This document shows positions 30,082 to 42,813 of a DNA stretch of 64,000 nt, piece by piece (position 1 is the first letter of the stretch; each line of letters starts with the position of its first letter). Location: the NCBI GenBank assembly GCA_012295275.1, contig CM022676.1, positions 17,546,001 to 17,610,000 on the forward strand, read 5' to 3'. This DNA comes from Chrysomallon squamiferum. Its lineage: Eukaryota > Animalia > Mollusca. Below the pieces are notes generated by a model. It searched no databases, was not told where the DNA came from, and saw nothing but the letters and a program-made list of their open reading frames with translations. A program made the translations under genes and the position numbers.

Positions 30082-31979
30082 CTGTTCCCAACATGTGTTA
30101 ACAATTGTGTAATTATCATCAGTGTAGAGAAATGTGGAAGTAAAAATTACACTGTGAAAAATACACTGTCCTTGCCAAGAAAGTTGCACAACTGAACCTA
30201 ATAATAACAATAATAAATAAATAAATAAATATTAACAAAAATTAACACTAAAATAAAAAAAATAAAAAATACAAAAGAAATAGAATAGCAACAACAGCAT
30301 AATGATAATGATGATGATGATGATAATGATGATAATAATAATAAGTATTATAACAATAAGAAGAAGAAGAAGAAGAAAAAGAAGAAGAAGAAGGATATGT
30401 TAAAATGGACATTTGTTTGTATCAAAGTTAATAATATAATAACATGTAATTAAATTAAGACACTAATATATCACTATTAAGTTAAGATAAAAAGCAGCAA
30501 ACTGAACAAATTATGTTAAATCTTGGTTTGCCATTGACAACAAATATAAAATATCAGACTGAAAATGAAAACTAATAAATGGAAAAATAGGTTCTAATGT
30601 TGTTTTGATAAAACATGGTGACTGTACATATACCAGCACAAACCAACCTATGTCAACTCATTCATACTTACAAAATTAGAGATTATCAAAAAAATTCAGA
30701 AAATTAATATTTATTTCATTGTTTTTGCTTTTTCTATTCTGATTTTAGAAAATGAAAATGTAAACTAGAAATAAAAAACACAAAAGAAACCTTTGATGAA
30801 TTTTTCTATCCTGTCTGTGTAGTTAGCTGTGATTGAAATGTAGTCAACTGGAACATCAAACCAAACACAGAATACCTGGAAATTTAACCACCCATAAATT
30901 AAATAGAAAGAAAAATAAAATACAACTAATTCATCCATTTTATTTATTTTTTTCATTATCATTATTAAATTAAGATAAATTGTTGTTTAAATATTTAACA
31001 ATTGTGTGTCTTGAAATTCTAAGCTTGACCAGTCAGAAGCAAGGAATTATATTCATAGCCAAGAGGATTGCAGGGATAACATGGTTTGGAAATAAGACAT
31101 CAGATTTATCATCTTCAAAAATAATATTAAATACAAACAAGAACAGATTCAGCAATGTCCTCTTTCCTCTACAAATAGCTTTTTGAGATATCATATAAAT
31201 TTCTTACAATTTAGATGTGTTATTTAAACTCTACTATTTTATATTCATATTTCTTTCACTATTTTTTACTCAGTCTTCAAAAGAAAAAATAATTTTTAAG
31301 ACAGGAGGTTATCATTATTTTTATATAAATGTAACTGATGTATTATACTTAGTCAGTGTATCTCTCCAATGGGACTAGGGTCCCCCACTTCAGGTCACAA
31401 CTGATACATCTTGGTTTCATTCCATCTCCAACACAAATATTTCTCATCGGTTTAGTATTTGTTGTCAGTTTAGTATTTGTTGTCAGTTTAGTATTTGTTG
31501 TCAGTTTAGTATTTGTTGTCAGTTTATTATTTGTTGTCAGTTTGGTATTTGTTGTCAGTTTATTATTTGTTGTCAGTTTAGTATTTGTTGTCAGTTTATT
31601 ATTTGTTGTCAGTTTAGTATTTGTTGTCAGTTTATTATTTGTTGTCAGTTTGGTATTTGTTGTCAGTTTATTATTTGTTGTCAGTTGAGTATTTGTTGAC
31701 AGTTTAGTATTTGTTGCCCAGGCTCAGTAGTGAAAACTTTATCAGGATGTTTTCTCAAATCAGCTAAAAAATCTGAAAAATGAACAAATATATTAATCAT
31801 AATCATAACCCTTTACACACAAACATACAGTTATACATATCCATGCAAACACCAACATCCAACCCTCCTCAAACACACACATCTATCATCCACACACATA
31901 CACTTAAACAATTCATTATCAGCATAATTGTTTTCTAAGTCAGAGATGAAATACAAATAAATATATATATAGGATGAGT

Positions 31980-32022
<43 letters not shown>

Positions 32023-33331
32023 TCTGTGTGTGTGTGTGTGTGTGCTGGTTTCATACAAATGCATAAGAACAGTTACCATTAAGCTGAATACTACTGTTTC
32101 GTAAAACCCCTAAAATTATTTACTGATTAAAATATTATAATAATTTTACATTTTCTTATATAATGACAACCATAAATAAATGTTAACTATTAAATTCACA
32201 CCAAACAAATAATATACATAATTAACTGAAAAAAAATAAAATAAAAAGTTTATTAGGATTTGAAAGTTTATCAGCAAATGAATCAAGAAAAAACAAATCA
32301 GGTTTAACTTTGGTAGATCTAAAAATAGTTGATGTGATGTTTTAATGACTGGGAATCACTTACAAGATTTATATTTTGTGTTTTTCATTTCTACAGCATT
32401 GATGAGTCACATACATCACACTGGTCACCTTTCATATTGTGATAGCCACACTTTGAACATTCTGAAATAAAACAAGTAATAATAAAATTAACTCTAATAA
32501 TAATAACATATATAATAAGTAATAATAAAATTAAGTGAAATAAGAATAACATATCTAAGTGTAATTTGGTAAGAACCTAATAATATTAATTCAATAACAT
32601 TATAATAATATGTTATTTAAAATAAAAACAAACAAATGTTATAATAAAATTGTGTTGTTCAAAAAGCTGAAATAATAAAATAGAAATCTGCAAAGGCAGA
32701 TAACTCTAACACATAAAATAAAATTTGTTACCTGGAGAAAACATAAGAACTGACTACACAACCAGTGATGTTGCCATGGTGAGGGACAGTGCTGACACTT
32801 CGAAGAACACTGGTGACTAATATATTTCTTTTGCCATGTTGTGGATAAACTAAAATAAATAAATAATTAAATAAATAAGGAAACAGGAAACAACTATAAA
32901 AAATAAATAAATAAATAAATAAAATATAGTACATGTACATATACATATTAAAATGTATGACTTGATACATATGCAAACACACAGACACACTCTCTCTCTG
33001 TCTCTTTCTCTTTACTAAATCTATTGCAACATATTTAATAAATATTCAATTTGATTTTATAAAGATAATTTATTAATAACTTATTTATCAGTATTATTAA
33101 TTTATTTATAATAAGGTGATAGCATTTGTTTAGTAACATTATGTGACAACTGCTTACATTTTAAAATATTTAATTTTAAAGTTTCTTACCCTTGGTTTTA
33201 CAGCAATCTCAGATTGTGACTGCTTCTCTCAATTCTACAGAGTAATAATGTTCTGAAATCACTTCGGTTACAGGTGTTTGTGTAAGAACAGAACATCCCT
33301 AAATCTTCACTTCAGGAAAGAGTGTCATATC
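30082..33331 (-). pseudogene. MARS1: Intron-containing cytoplasmic methionyl-tRNA synthetase pseudogene, left copy
   Basis: Exons in the correct order: 32732-32849 VYPQHGKRNILVTSVL..VPHHGNITGCVVS..VFSR (cf. [39 protein letters not shown]); 32308-32461 CSKCGY...GDQCDVC..LINAVEMK...LFLDLPK (zinc knuckle); 31349-31772 GDGMKPRCISCDLKWGTLVPLE (cf. [21 protein letters not shown]); 30791-30875 [21 protein letters not shown] (cf. [21 protein letters not shown]); 30082-30197 FLGKDSV.FHSVIF...DDNYTIVN (cf. FMAKDNVPFHSLVF...DNYTLVS). Frameshifts, missing exons and no KFSKS exon. Confidence 0.92.
31450..31716. repeat. 18-bp minisatellite (~15 copies) inside a MARS1 exon, left arm only
   Basis: TTTAGTATTTGTTGTCAG repeated; reads TTNTKL/TTNNKL on the minus strand. 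It is absent from the right-arm exon at 53592-53733. Confidence 0.93.
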
Positions 33332-33589
33332 CTATGTAGAGAAAAATAAATTTAAATATTTAAATATATAGTGTGCGAAAAGATATAAAATATAATACAA
33401 TATTAACAATATCTCAATATTTATGTAACTTAAGAGGTTATAATGAAGATTTTAAAATATTAGTGCATGATTGTGGTTTCAGACATCCAAATTAATAAAT
33501 AATTTGAGAAAGAAAACTGGATGGGTGGATGTATGTATATTTACATAATTATGTGTATGTGAGTTAATTAACCCTGCAGGTTTGATGAT

Positions 33590-33900
33590 CAACAACGTAT
33601 GCGATAAACAAAACAGAGCAATGACTGCACTGACATTTCACGATGAAAGAGATATAAATCAGATTAAATAAACAAATAAGTAAACAGAGACATTTTTAAA
33701 TATATGTATGTATACACATAAATAACGGCTGCATATACTGACATACATTACAATACAAGTCTCCTGTATTTCATGACAACAGTATGAAGCATGATGTATA
33801 CGGTACTAATAACCTCAACACAATATCATAACTCCGGCCCCAGAAGGGAGGTAACTCTATCAGTGTTCTGTTTGACAAGCTTAAAACAATGGCGGCCGAA
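33590..33900. promoter_or_regulatory. Putative bidirectional housekeeping promoter, left copy
   Basis: Local CpG retention in an otherwise CpG-poor domain. AAACAATGGCGGC (YY1-like motif overlapping the ATG at 33889). It lies between divergently oriented genes. Confidence 0.55.
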
Positions 33901-35137
33901 TCACTTACACAATTTGTCTGTGAATTTCTGGATTATTTAAGAGATATCACTATATCTTTGAAAAACTTTCAGCTGGATTTCAGGTATTTCAGTCAAGATT
34001 ACATTTGTAACATGTTTTGGAATAATGATCGCACCATTTTTGCGTCAGTTAAATCGGATCGGTCGTCGAAGAAAAGCGAATAACCTCATGGGATCCACGT
34101 GTATATGAGCCTGACGGTGATATCTTGTGTTGATTGTTCTTGACAGCCAGGGTAAGTAAAATCATAATTATTTATTTTATTTACATTGGGGAGTTTTCAA
34201 AACTTCAACCAGACAATTCAAAGTACGTGGCTGGCGAGCTTTTACAACCAAAATGTTTTAGTTTGATGATAAAAGTTGGATGAAACTACAACAAGACTGA
34301 ATTATTCATTGGTTACGTCTGGAATAATTTAAAAAAAAAAAAAAATGCTAGAAAGGCAGAAATGATTGACTGTATTACCTATAAATACTCAATTTCTTAA
34401 ATCAAGTAATATAATGATGAAAATTTCTTTTCAGTATCCCTTCCTTTTTTTTAATTTACTAATCTAGTAACTGTCAGTTTTAATTTATGCACATTTTGTT
34501 TTGTTTCTTCTTATTACTACTTCTACTTTTTATTATTAATTTGTTTTATTTATAATTATTATCATTATTATTATTATTTTTAAAATCTTTATTATTTATT
34601 TTTCATGTTTTTTAGGCCAAATTTCATCATTGGCAGAGTTTTTCAGAAAGTGTATGGAGAAAATGTTCCAAATGAATTTAAAGGACCATTTTATGAAAAA
34701 TCAGATGTGAGTGAAATATTTTCTTATTTTCTTTAATCTTTCAAGATTTATGTTCTAATTATTAAAGTTATTTTATGCACTGTTGCTTTGTTTTAATTAT
34801 CTCTAGTGTCTTAGTCTTTATAAAACATTAAATGATCTGAACATTATCTATGAAGGGATTTGTGTTTGCTCTCATGACACTTTTTTCTATAGTACAGTTC
34901 AGTTAGTCATTAATGGAATAAAATTTAAAATATATTGCATGACTTTAAAAACAAATTACCTTATTCCTTCATAACATCTATTTAATACAAAAGCAAAAAT
35001 ACAATGCTATATATATGTTCTATAAAACATTAATTCCTTCTTCTTCTCATTAATAGATTTAAATGTATATTCAATTATTATTACTTTTATTGTTGTGTTG
35101 TTATTGCTATTTTTGCTATTATTATTACAACTACTAT

Positions 35138-35174
<37 letters not shown>

Positions 35175-38100
35175 GTTGTTGTTGCTGTTATATTTATTAT
35201 TGTTGGTAATTTTTATCATCATCATGATTAAAATGTGTTAAAAAAGTATCATTATTTTATTACTATTGTGTAATTTCCAGGTGAAACCTCATCTAAGGAA
35301 CAGTCTGGTGTCAAGTGATGTGTAGCCTGTGTTAGAATGTTTTCTGAAACCTCTCATCAGTGACAGGGTATGTTTGAATATGTCTGTGTGTGTGTGAATC
35401 ACTAGATTGTATACTGAAATTTAGAAAATTTCTACAACCTGTGTTTGAAATGTTTATCCTCTTTGTTCAGCTTTTTATTAAAACACGAGTTAGTCAGTGA
35501 TAACATGACCTAATGTTAGGATTAAAGTTTACTTAGTTGTTCTAATTTTATTACACAGAGATAAAGATTATTTTATTGCAAATTCAGTCAGAGAGAGAGA
35601 GTATGCATATGCATGTATGAGAGAGAGATTGGATTATGTGGATGTATGAGACAGATTGTATATGTGTCTGTGAGAGAGAGATAGTGTATGTATGTGAGAG
35701 AGATTGGATGTGTATGTATGTATGAGACAGATTGTATATGTGTGTGTGTGAGAGATAGATAGTGTATGTATGTGAGACAGACTGGATGTTCATGTATGTG
35801 AGAGATTGGATGTGAATGTATGTGAGAGAGATTGCATGTGAATTTATGTGAGAGAGAGAGAGACTGGATGTATATATATATGTGAGAGAGATTGGATGTG
35901 AATGTATGTGAGAGAGAGACTGGATGTGATGTATGAGAGAGAGATAGTATCTATATGTGAGCAAGAGAGATAGTGTGTGTATATATGTGGGTGATTTCGT
36001 ACTCAAATGAAAATAACTGAAACATTGAAAATCATAATAAGCGAAGAAAAATGCATTCGTCTGACAAATGTAGATTGATAAAAGAAATCGTGTTTTTGTT
36101 TAAAACCACTAAACTTTATATTTAATATTGAAGTTAAATATTTTACGTATCTCACTGCAGTATTGTTCAGGTGCTGTCTAGAAAGGGAATTTACATCATG
36201 GAGAAGGATGAATCAGCTGTTACAGAAACCATTCTCATATAGTCTGCACCATTCTCAGTTGTGAGTTTATTTCATTTTTCTGTCTTAGATATTAAAATAA
36301 ATTTTGTAACAGTTCTGTATTCATTATAAAACAGCATAATAATAATCAGTGATCTGTCATTGTTTTGTAAATTATTTTATTATTATCATTATAAGGATTA
36401 TGCATTACGCAGAAAAATTGAAATTTTAGTTTATTTATTTATAGCTGTTTGTTTATTATCTGTATTATTATTTTATTCATTATTATTTTTTTCAGAATGC
36501 ACATAACTTTCTAATTGATGTGTATATGTTGGCATAAACCAGTGAAGTTGTTTCAGTAGAACATACTGTCCAAGCCATCAGGTAAGCTGTAGTTTTTATT
36601 TATATTTATATTTTATTGATATTTTTTGTTTATTTATTAAATACATAAATTAAATTTAAAAAAATAGAGAATTTGAAAACCTCTTTTACTAAAATGAGAT
36701 TATTTGGCTCTGTTAAAGTTTATTTATTTTATTCAGTTAGTTTATTGGAAAGTATCACTTTATGATCAATTGTATTTCAGTTCAGAGGTCAATGACAAGC
36801 TGTATTTAAAAGCTTTGATCCTTCAACTTTGAATATTAAATGATTGATGAATTATGATGATGCATTTAAACATATGAATGACAGAGAGAGAGGTTTAGCA
36901 TTGATGTAATCTGTTCACATATCTGATTGCATAGTGACCTTGCAGTATAAGTCATGTCCATAACTCACTTTCAGTTTAGCTTCTGTGTAAAGAGCAAAGC
37001 TTGTATTGTAATAGGCCAAGGAAGGGAAGTAACTGCAGCTCTAGAACTTATAAACACTTTATTTGGATATATAATATATGCACATTTACTTTTAAAACGT
37101 GTTCCATCAGGCACTGAGGATACAGTTGTCTTCTGGTTAAATAAAGTTTGTACTGCTGCCATTGCAAAAGAGAACAAATCTGAGCAGGTGAATTTGAGTT
37201 TGTTTTCTTACATATTTCTCATTTTTCTAAACTAATGAAGTTTAATTTAATATATGCAGCTGCAGTTTGTAGATAATGTATCAGTAAATACAATTATACA
37301 TATACACAAATTACATTAGTATCGTGTAACACACACTACACTTCATACCTTGAACATTTCACTCATGTGTTTCTCTGCACACAAAGACACCAACACCCTT
37401 ACATTCATATAAATGTGATTATTTTCTTGTAAATGTTTATTTCTATATTATTATAAAAAAAGAGGAAGCTTCATATTTTATCAGTATTTTAAAATGTTTA
37501 ACTTTGCTGTTACCAGACTGGAACTGCCAGCTCTTCACACAGTGTCACTGTTCCTGTGATGACAGACATACTAAAAGATGTAGAGACAGATGTACAGTTC
37601 CTGTTGTCTGAAGTTTCTATTGTCTGCAGTCTCTCAGAGCTGATCTTCTGGATTGAAATGATAAAACTTACAGACAGGACAGCTTCTAAATGGTCAGGAA
37701 GCAGAAAGTAAGTTTTGTGAGAGTTTTTACTTATGATTCAGAATTTTAGTTAAACAAAATACATGCTGCAAATTCCAAATTGTATTATATCTTTTATTAT
37801 ATGAATTTGTGAAATTTCTTATTTGTAATGTTCAGTTTTAGTGTGGATACTGACATATGCCTTTATCTATGTAAATACATTTTTATTATATAAAATGGAT
37901 GATTACAAGCTTTGTAAAGATCCTTATATAATGATCAGTATTTAATAAGGCTACCAATAAAGAAAGTTAATATTAAAGGAGTTTTTAAATGATTGAATTG
38001 CAGTCAAATTTTACAAATCTTACATCAGACAGTTTATGTTGCAAGGTTTATTGTTATTTTTATTAAATACTGGCAGTGCAGTTTAAAATATGAAGATACT

Positions 38101-38283
38101 ACAGGATTTATTATTATTTTTATTCATTTTAATTCAGCATCTTGCTATCCATTAGCAACACAACAAGACATAGCTTTCAGTTTCACAAAACTGAGTTGAG
38201 ATTCATGAGTACTCCAGAACTAAACAAATCAAACTATTCACTGTAAGTATTCACTTAATTCATTTTGTTAAATTTGTAGTGAT

Positions 38284-38612
38284 GGATAGACTGGCTCAGT
38301 GGTTAGAGTGCATGATTAAAGTTTGTTGGGTTCTAGGGTCAGTCCTACGTGGAGGACTAATAACGTTGTTTACCAATCTAGCTGCTGATTCATACCTGAT
38401 ATTGCTAAGATCAAGTTATATGTTTTGTTTTCTCTGGAAAAATGTATATTAAAAACAGATTTTTAGTTTCTTGTTTAAAAAGGGTGTCAGTTCATGTTGC
38501 AGAAACAGGTTTTCTTTTTCATTAGCTGTATTGTTCTTTATCTTGTAAGATACAAAGAACTAGTAAAAACAAGCTTTGTACGTTCTTAAATAAAATATTT
38601 CTTCTTTATTTC
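38284..38612 (+). mobile_element. Degenerate tRNA-derived SINE in an intron (left arm)
   Basis: A-box TGGCTCAGTGGTTAGAG, eroded B-box ~35 nt later, ~330 bp length, and a TTAAATAAAATATTTCTTCTTT tail. Confidence 0.6.
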
Positions 38613-38980
38613 ATATTTGTTATATTTTAGTAACATTTATATTGATCAATAATCAGGTTATAATATTATATTTTTCAAAGATACTGATTTGTTTTTTGAT
38701 TCAGAATTTATATTTATATTTTGGTAAACCTCTTTATGTTTGTTTTGTTTTTTTTACTTTTTCAGACACATACAACAAAACAGACAAGTGTTGTTATCTA
38801 AACTTCAGAATGGGACACACACAGACAGCAGAACAGACAGAGAAGTTTCTAAAAAAATGGTATGAAAAACATAAATTTTAACTTATCTGTTTAAACATCA
38901 ATTTACTTTCTTCTCAGTTTTTGTGTTGTGTGTATTCTCAATACAGAGTAAGAAAAACAGAATAGTACAAGGAAAGTCTG

Positions 38981-39345
38981 CAATAATAAGTAAAGTAATT
39001 GTAGTATACAAATATACTGATAACTTAGAATACAGTAATAAGTAAAGTAATTGTAGTATACAAATATACTGATAACTTAGAATACAATAATAAGTAAAGT
39101 AATTGTAGTATACAAATATACTGATAACTTAGAATACAAAAATAAGTAAACTAATTGTAGTATACAAATATACTGATAACTTAGAATACAATAATAAGTG
39201 AAGTAATTGTAGTGTACAAATATACTGATAACTTAGAATACAATAATAAGTAAAGTAATTGTAGTATACAAATATACTAATAACTTAGAATACAATAATA
39301 AGTAAAGTAATTGTAGTGTACAAATATACTGATAACTTAGAATAC
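38981..39345. repeat. 52-bp minisatellite x7, left arm only
   Basis: CAATAATAAGTAAAGTAATTGTAGTATACAAATATACTGATAACTTAGAATA repeated; a single copy is present in the right arm at ~45187-45240. Confidence 0.95.
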
Positions 39346-42047
39346 TTCGTTATTTCCATACTTCCATTAGCATTGTTTTATTCTTGTTTCTGCAGAATAC
39401 AATCATTATATGTCTTTTATCTTATGATTTTTTCTTCTTCTTATATTTTTGTTATTATTTCGTTTATTTATTTGTTATTCCTTACTTCTAAATTTTTGTT
39501 TCTATCATAACATCATTAATCCATACAAAAACCTCTAACAGACTGAGTATGCCAGCATTTTTACACTAATTTACTCAGTCTGCGAGACAAAATGTCTTCA
39601 TTTTAACTCTCTTCATCATCATCCTTATTATCATCATCTAGGTTTATAATATGAGTTATTATTACTGGGCTGTTATATCGTAAATTATCTTTCTGGTTAA
39701 ATTGTATTTTTAATCTTTATTTGCAGGTTGTGTTTTGGTTAAATTAGCTTGCTCAATTGTTTATTAATTTTCTTGTTTTAAAATCCCTATTAATTATAAT
39801 TGTCTAAACCAAATTAAGCCATTGCTTAATTAAATGGAGCAGAAATATTGAAATATGTTTTCCTTAGATCTTTAAGCTTTAGCAGGAATTATTCTTTCAT
39901 TATTTTCGATTTTCTTATTATTCTTTGTTTTTAAAAGACATACTTAGTTTTTATAAGAGTTTAGTTTTTTGTTTATTTTTATTTTATTCAAATTGCAACA
40001 AATTGTTAAGTTTTTATAAGAGAATTGCCTTTCTGATCTTATTTAATCGATAGATAATTGTTATTTATTGTTAGAAAGTTGTAGAAATATCTGAGAGGGG
40101 AAGTTGGAGAGTTAAATCTATCAAGTAGGTGTGAGTGTCTATAACTGTATTAATTTTAGATTGTTGTTTTTACTGAAAAACAAAATCAGCACTAGTTACT
40201 TCAGAATTTTATATGTAATGTAATTATATTTATTGTTTTACCTTTTATACATTATTGCCATGTTAATACAATTTATTTATCTATTTATTGATTTATGGTA
40301 TATTTGTTGATATTTCTATTTATCAGTTTATTAATTTATTTATTTGCTTGTTTATCTAGGAACTGGCTGAGTCTGATGTTAAACACTTTGTAATTCTGTT
40401 CTGTGACGGAGGATGTCAGTACAAAGCTCTGTTTTCTTTCACACCAGAAACTGATGAATTATATAAATTTGAGGTGTAGGATCTAAAGAAATACCCAATG
40501 AAATGATTCATAGGTTTTATAAGTAAGTACATATTTAATATTTTATATCTGCAATACTAGATATTACCATGAATACAGAGTCTTGATAAGAAAGTGTATT
40601 TTTATGTTATTTTAAATCTGTCTTCATCTTTATAAATTTATACATTCCTCAACATTCAGCTCATTAATATAATGTAAAATATATGTTTTTGCAAATAATG
40701 TTTTTACTAGTTAGTTATTTATTATTATTTTTTTAATATAAATTGAAAATAATTTTGGTAAATTTCTATACTGACCAAGTGAAATGTATGTGTTTTTATA
40801 ACAAGATTTAAATATTTGTGCATGTCAATAAAAAACAGGGTATAGTCTATAACAAGATGTTAATCAATATACTTTAGTGAACAATAGTGACAATAAAAAA
40901 TGTATCACTATATAATTTCTCATACTTTAATTTCAATTTCTTTTATTTTACATTTTTTCTTTTTTTTCATAATTTATTAATTATCTCACTGAAATGACCT
41001 CTTAAGATTAAAATATTTCACCGAAAAAATGTTTAAGAATGTTTCTGTCAGAAGAAATTATTTAATACTAATGAGTTATTGTTTTATTTATTAATTGCCA
41101 TGTAATAAATTAATTAATATTATTTTATTGTTTTCACAGACATAAATCTGGGCCTCAAAGTTTCACTGAAGTGACATCAACCAAATATTTATCTGTGTCC
41201 ATTGATTATGTTATTAACAATTCTCTCTGGAAGCCTGGGAAACAAGCTACAACATCAAAGAAAGTGTATTAGGAAGACGTATATCTCACAACACACATCA
41301 CCATCATCCTTACATCATCAGCAGCTGCAGCAGTTGACTCTTTACATCGTTGTCTTGGTTACAATTCTAAATGACAAATGTTACACAATACCTTGTTTCA
41401 ATTCAGGTTTAATATGCATTTTTAAAGATACTTTAAATTCAAGTATGCTGATTTTAAATATGATAATGAAATATGCTAATTTAAATATGCTGACTAGAAC
41501 ATGATAGTTTATATCAGATGATTTCAATTTTATAATAGAAATATGCCAGTGGGAAAATGCTAATTTAAATATCCCAATACAAAGATGCTTTTTCTTTTTC
41601 TTAAAATGCTAATTTAAAAATATGTTAATTTACTTAAATTCTTGTATATATCAAGAAATGATCAGCTTAAAACAATTAATCATTTTCAGAGCACTCAGAT
41701 CTTTAATTCAGAGGATGTGAGATGAAAAGATGAGCCCATGATATTTCACATCACTGTTTGTCAGATGTAGCTGCAAGTTCTGTTATGATTGTTTTGAACA
41801 TGATTAATCAGGCTTAATGGATTCAAAACTGTTTTAATCCTATAAAAATGTGTAACTCTGTTTTGCTTCTTAATTATAAATGACTTATTTATTTAAATAA
41901 AAAGTAATGTGTTTTATAAATATACGAGATATATGTATACTCATCTTACATAAATCTTCTTTAAAACAGATTAAACAATTCAATAGATTAAGTACTACTA
42001 GACTGCATTGTTTAAACGTAAGTTATCAAATGTGTAAAATAATAATA

Positions 42048-42114
<67 letters not shown>

Positions 42115-42813
42115 GAGAAATAAAAATAATGAAAAATAAAATGAAATGAAATAAATAAATAAATAAATAATAAGGATAATTTCAGGTATAAATATACACA
42201 CACACACACACACATATTCAGGCATGAATACAAACATACATACATATATATAATTATACATACACACACATACGAATTCATACATAAATACGTACATATA
42301 TACATACATACATACATATACATAGACACACCCACATATACATTCACACAGATAATACACATACATACATACACACACATATATATTTTAGATGTATATA
42401 TGCATACATGAACACAAACATATGGTAACATCGTCCGCCTTCGGAGTGCGGGTGAATGGGTGTCATACATTCGAGTCTTGTCATCGGCATTTGATGGGTT
42501 TGTGAGCATGTGATTGGACTTTGTCCTCCTGAGCCAGTGCGTTCCCGAATATTGTCTGTGTGCAGAGTCTAATCAGACGTACATAAGACTGAGAATATTC
42601 AAAATCCTAAACTATATACATACATGTCTATATGTATGTGTGTGTATACTTATATATATATATGTGCACATACATACATATTTACATATGCCCATAGACA
42701 CACACATACAGATACACAAATTTCAGTTTTATTTGTAAACACTGTTATCAGAATGATAAGTAAGAATTGTCATCTAAGTAAAACAGTTAAAGAACGTTCC
42801 ACCCTTCTCGTTC

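Larger units (their letters stand above)
30117..40904 (+). repeat. Left arm of ~25 kb inverted duplication
   Basis: Reverse-complement matches throughout: 30117-30175 with 54848-54907, 33889 ATGGCGGCCGAATCAC with 50108, 36592-37090 with 47372-47869, and 40861-40904 with 43569-43612. Confidence 0.96.
33889..41901 (+). pseudogene. Decayed multi-exon gene of unknown identity (MAAESLTQFVCEFLDYLR...), left, apparently full-length copy
   Basis: Series of AG/GT-bounded, GC-richer blocks: 33889-34151, 34616-34706, 35281-35367, 36171-36260, 36496-36581, 36781-37187, 37517-37707, ~38138-38242, 38766-38859, 38918-38989, ~40360-40521, 41140-41405, 41690-~41900 with AATAAA at ~41896. They translate to protein-like segments with stops and frameshifts. 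I do not recognise the family. Confidence 0.65.

Noticed and set aside
30082-33331. Functional or horizontally acquired MetRS gene
   Set aside because: Spliceosomal introns and eukaryote-type motifs indicate a host origin; frameshifts, missing exons and the absent KFSKS motif indicate it is non-functional.
38284-38360. tRNA gene
   Set aside because: Only the A-box is good. There is no cloverleaf or intact B-box, and it continues into a SINE-like body.
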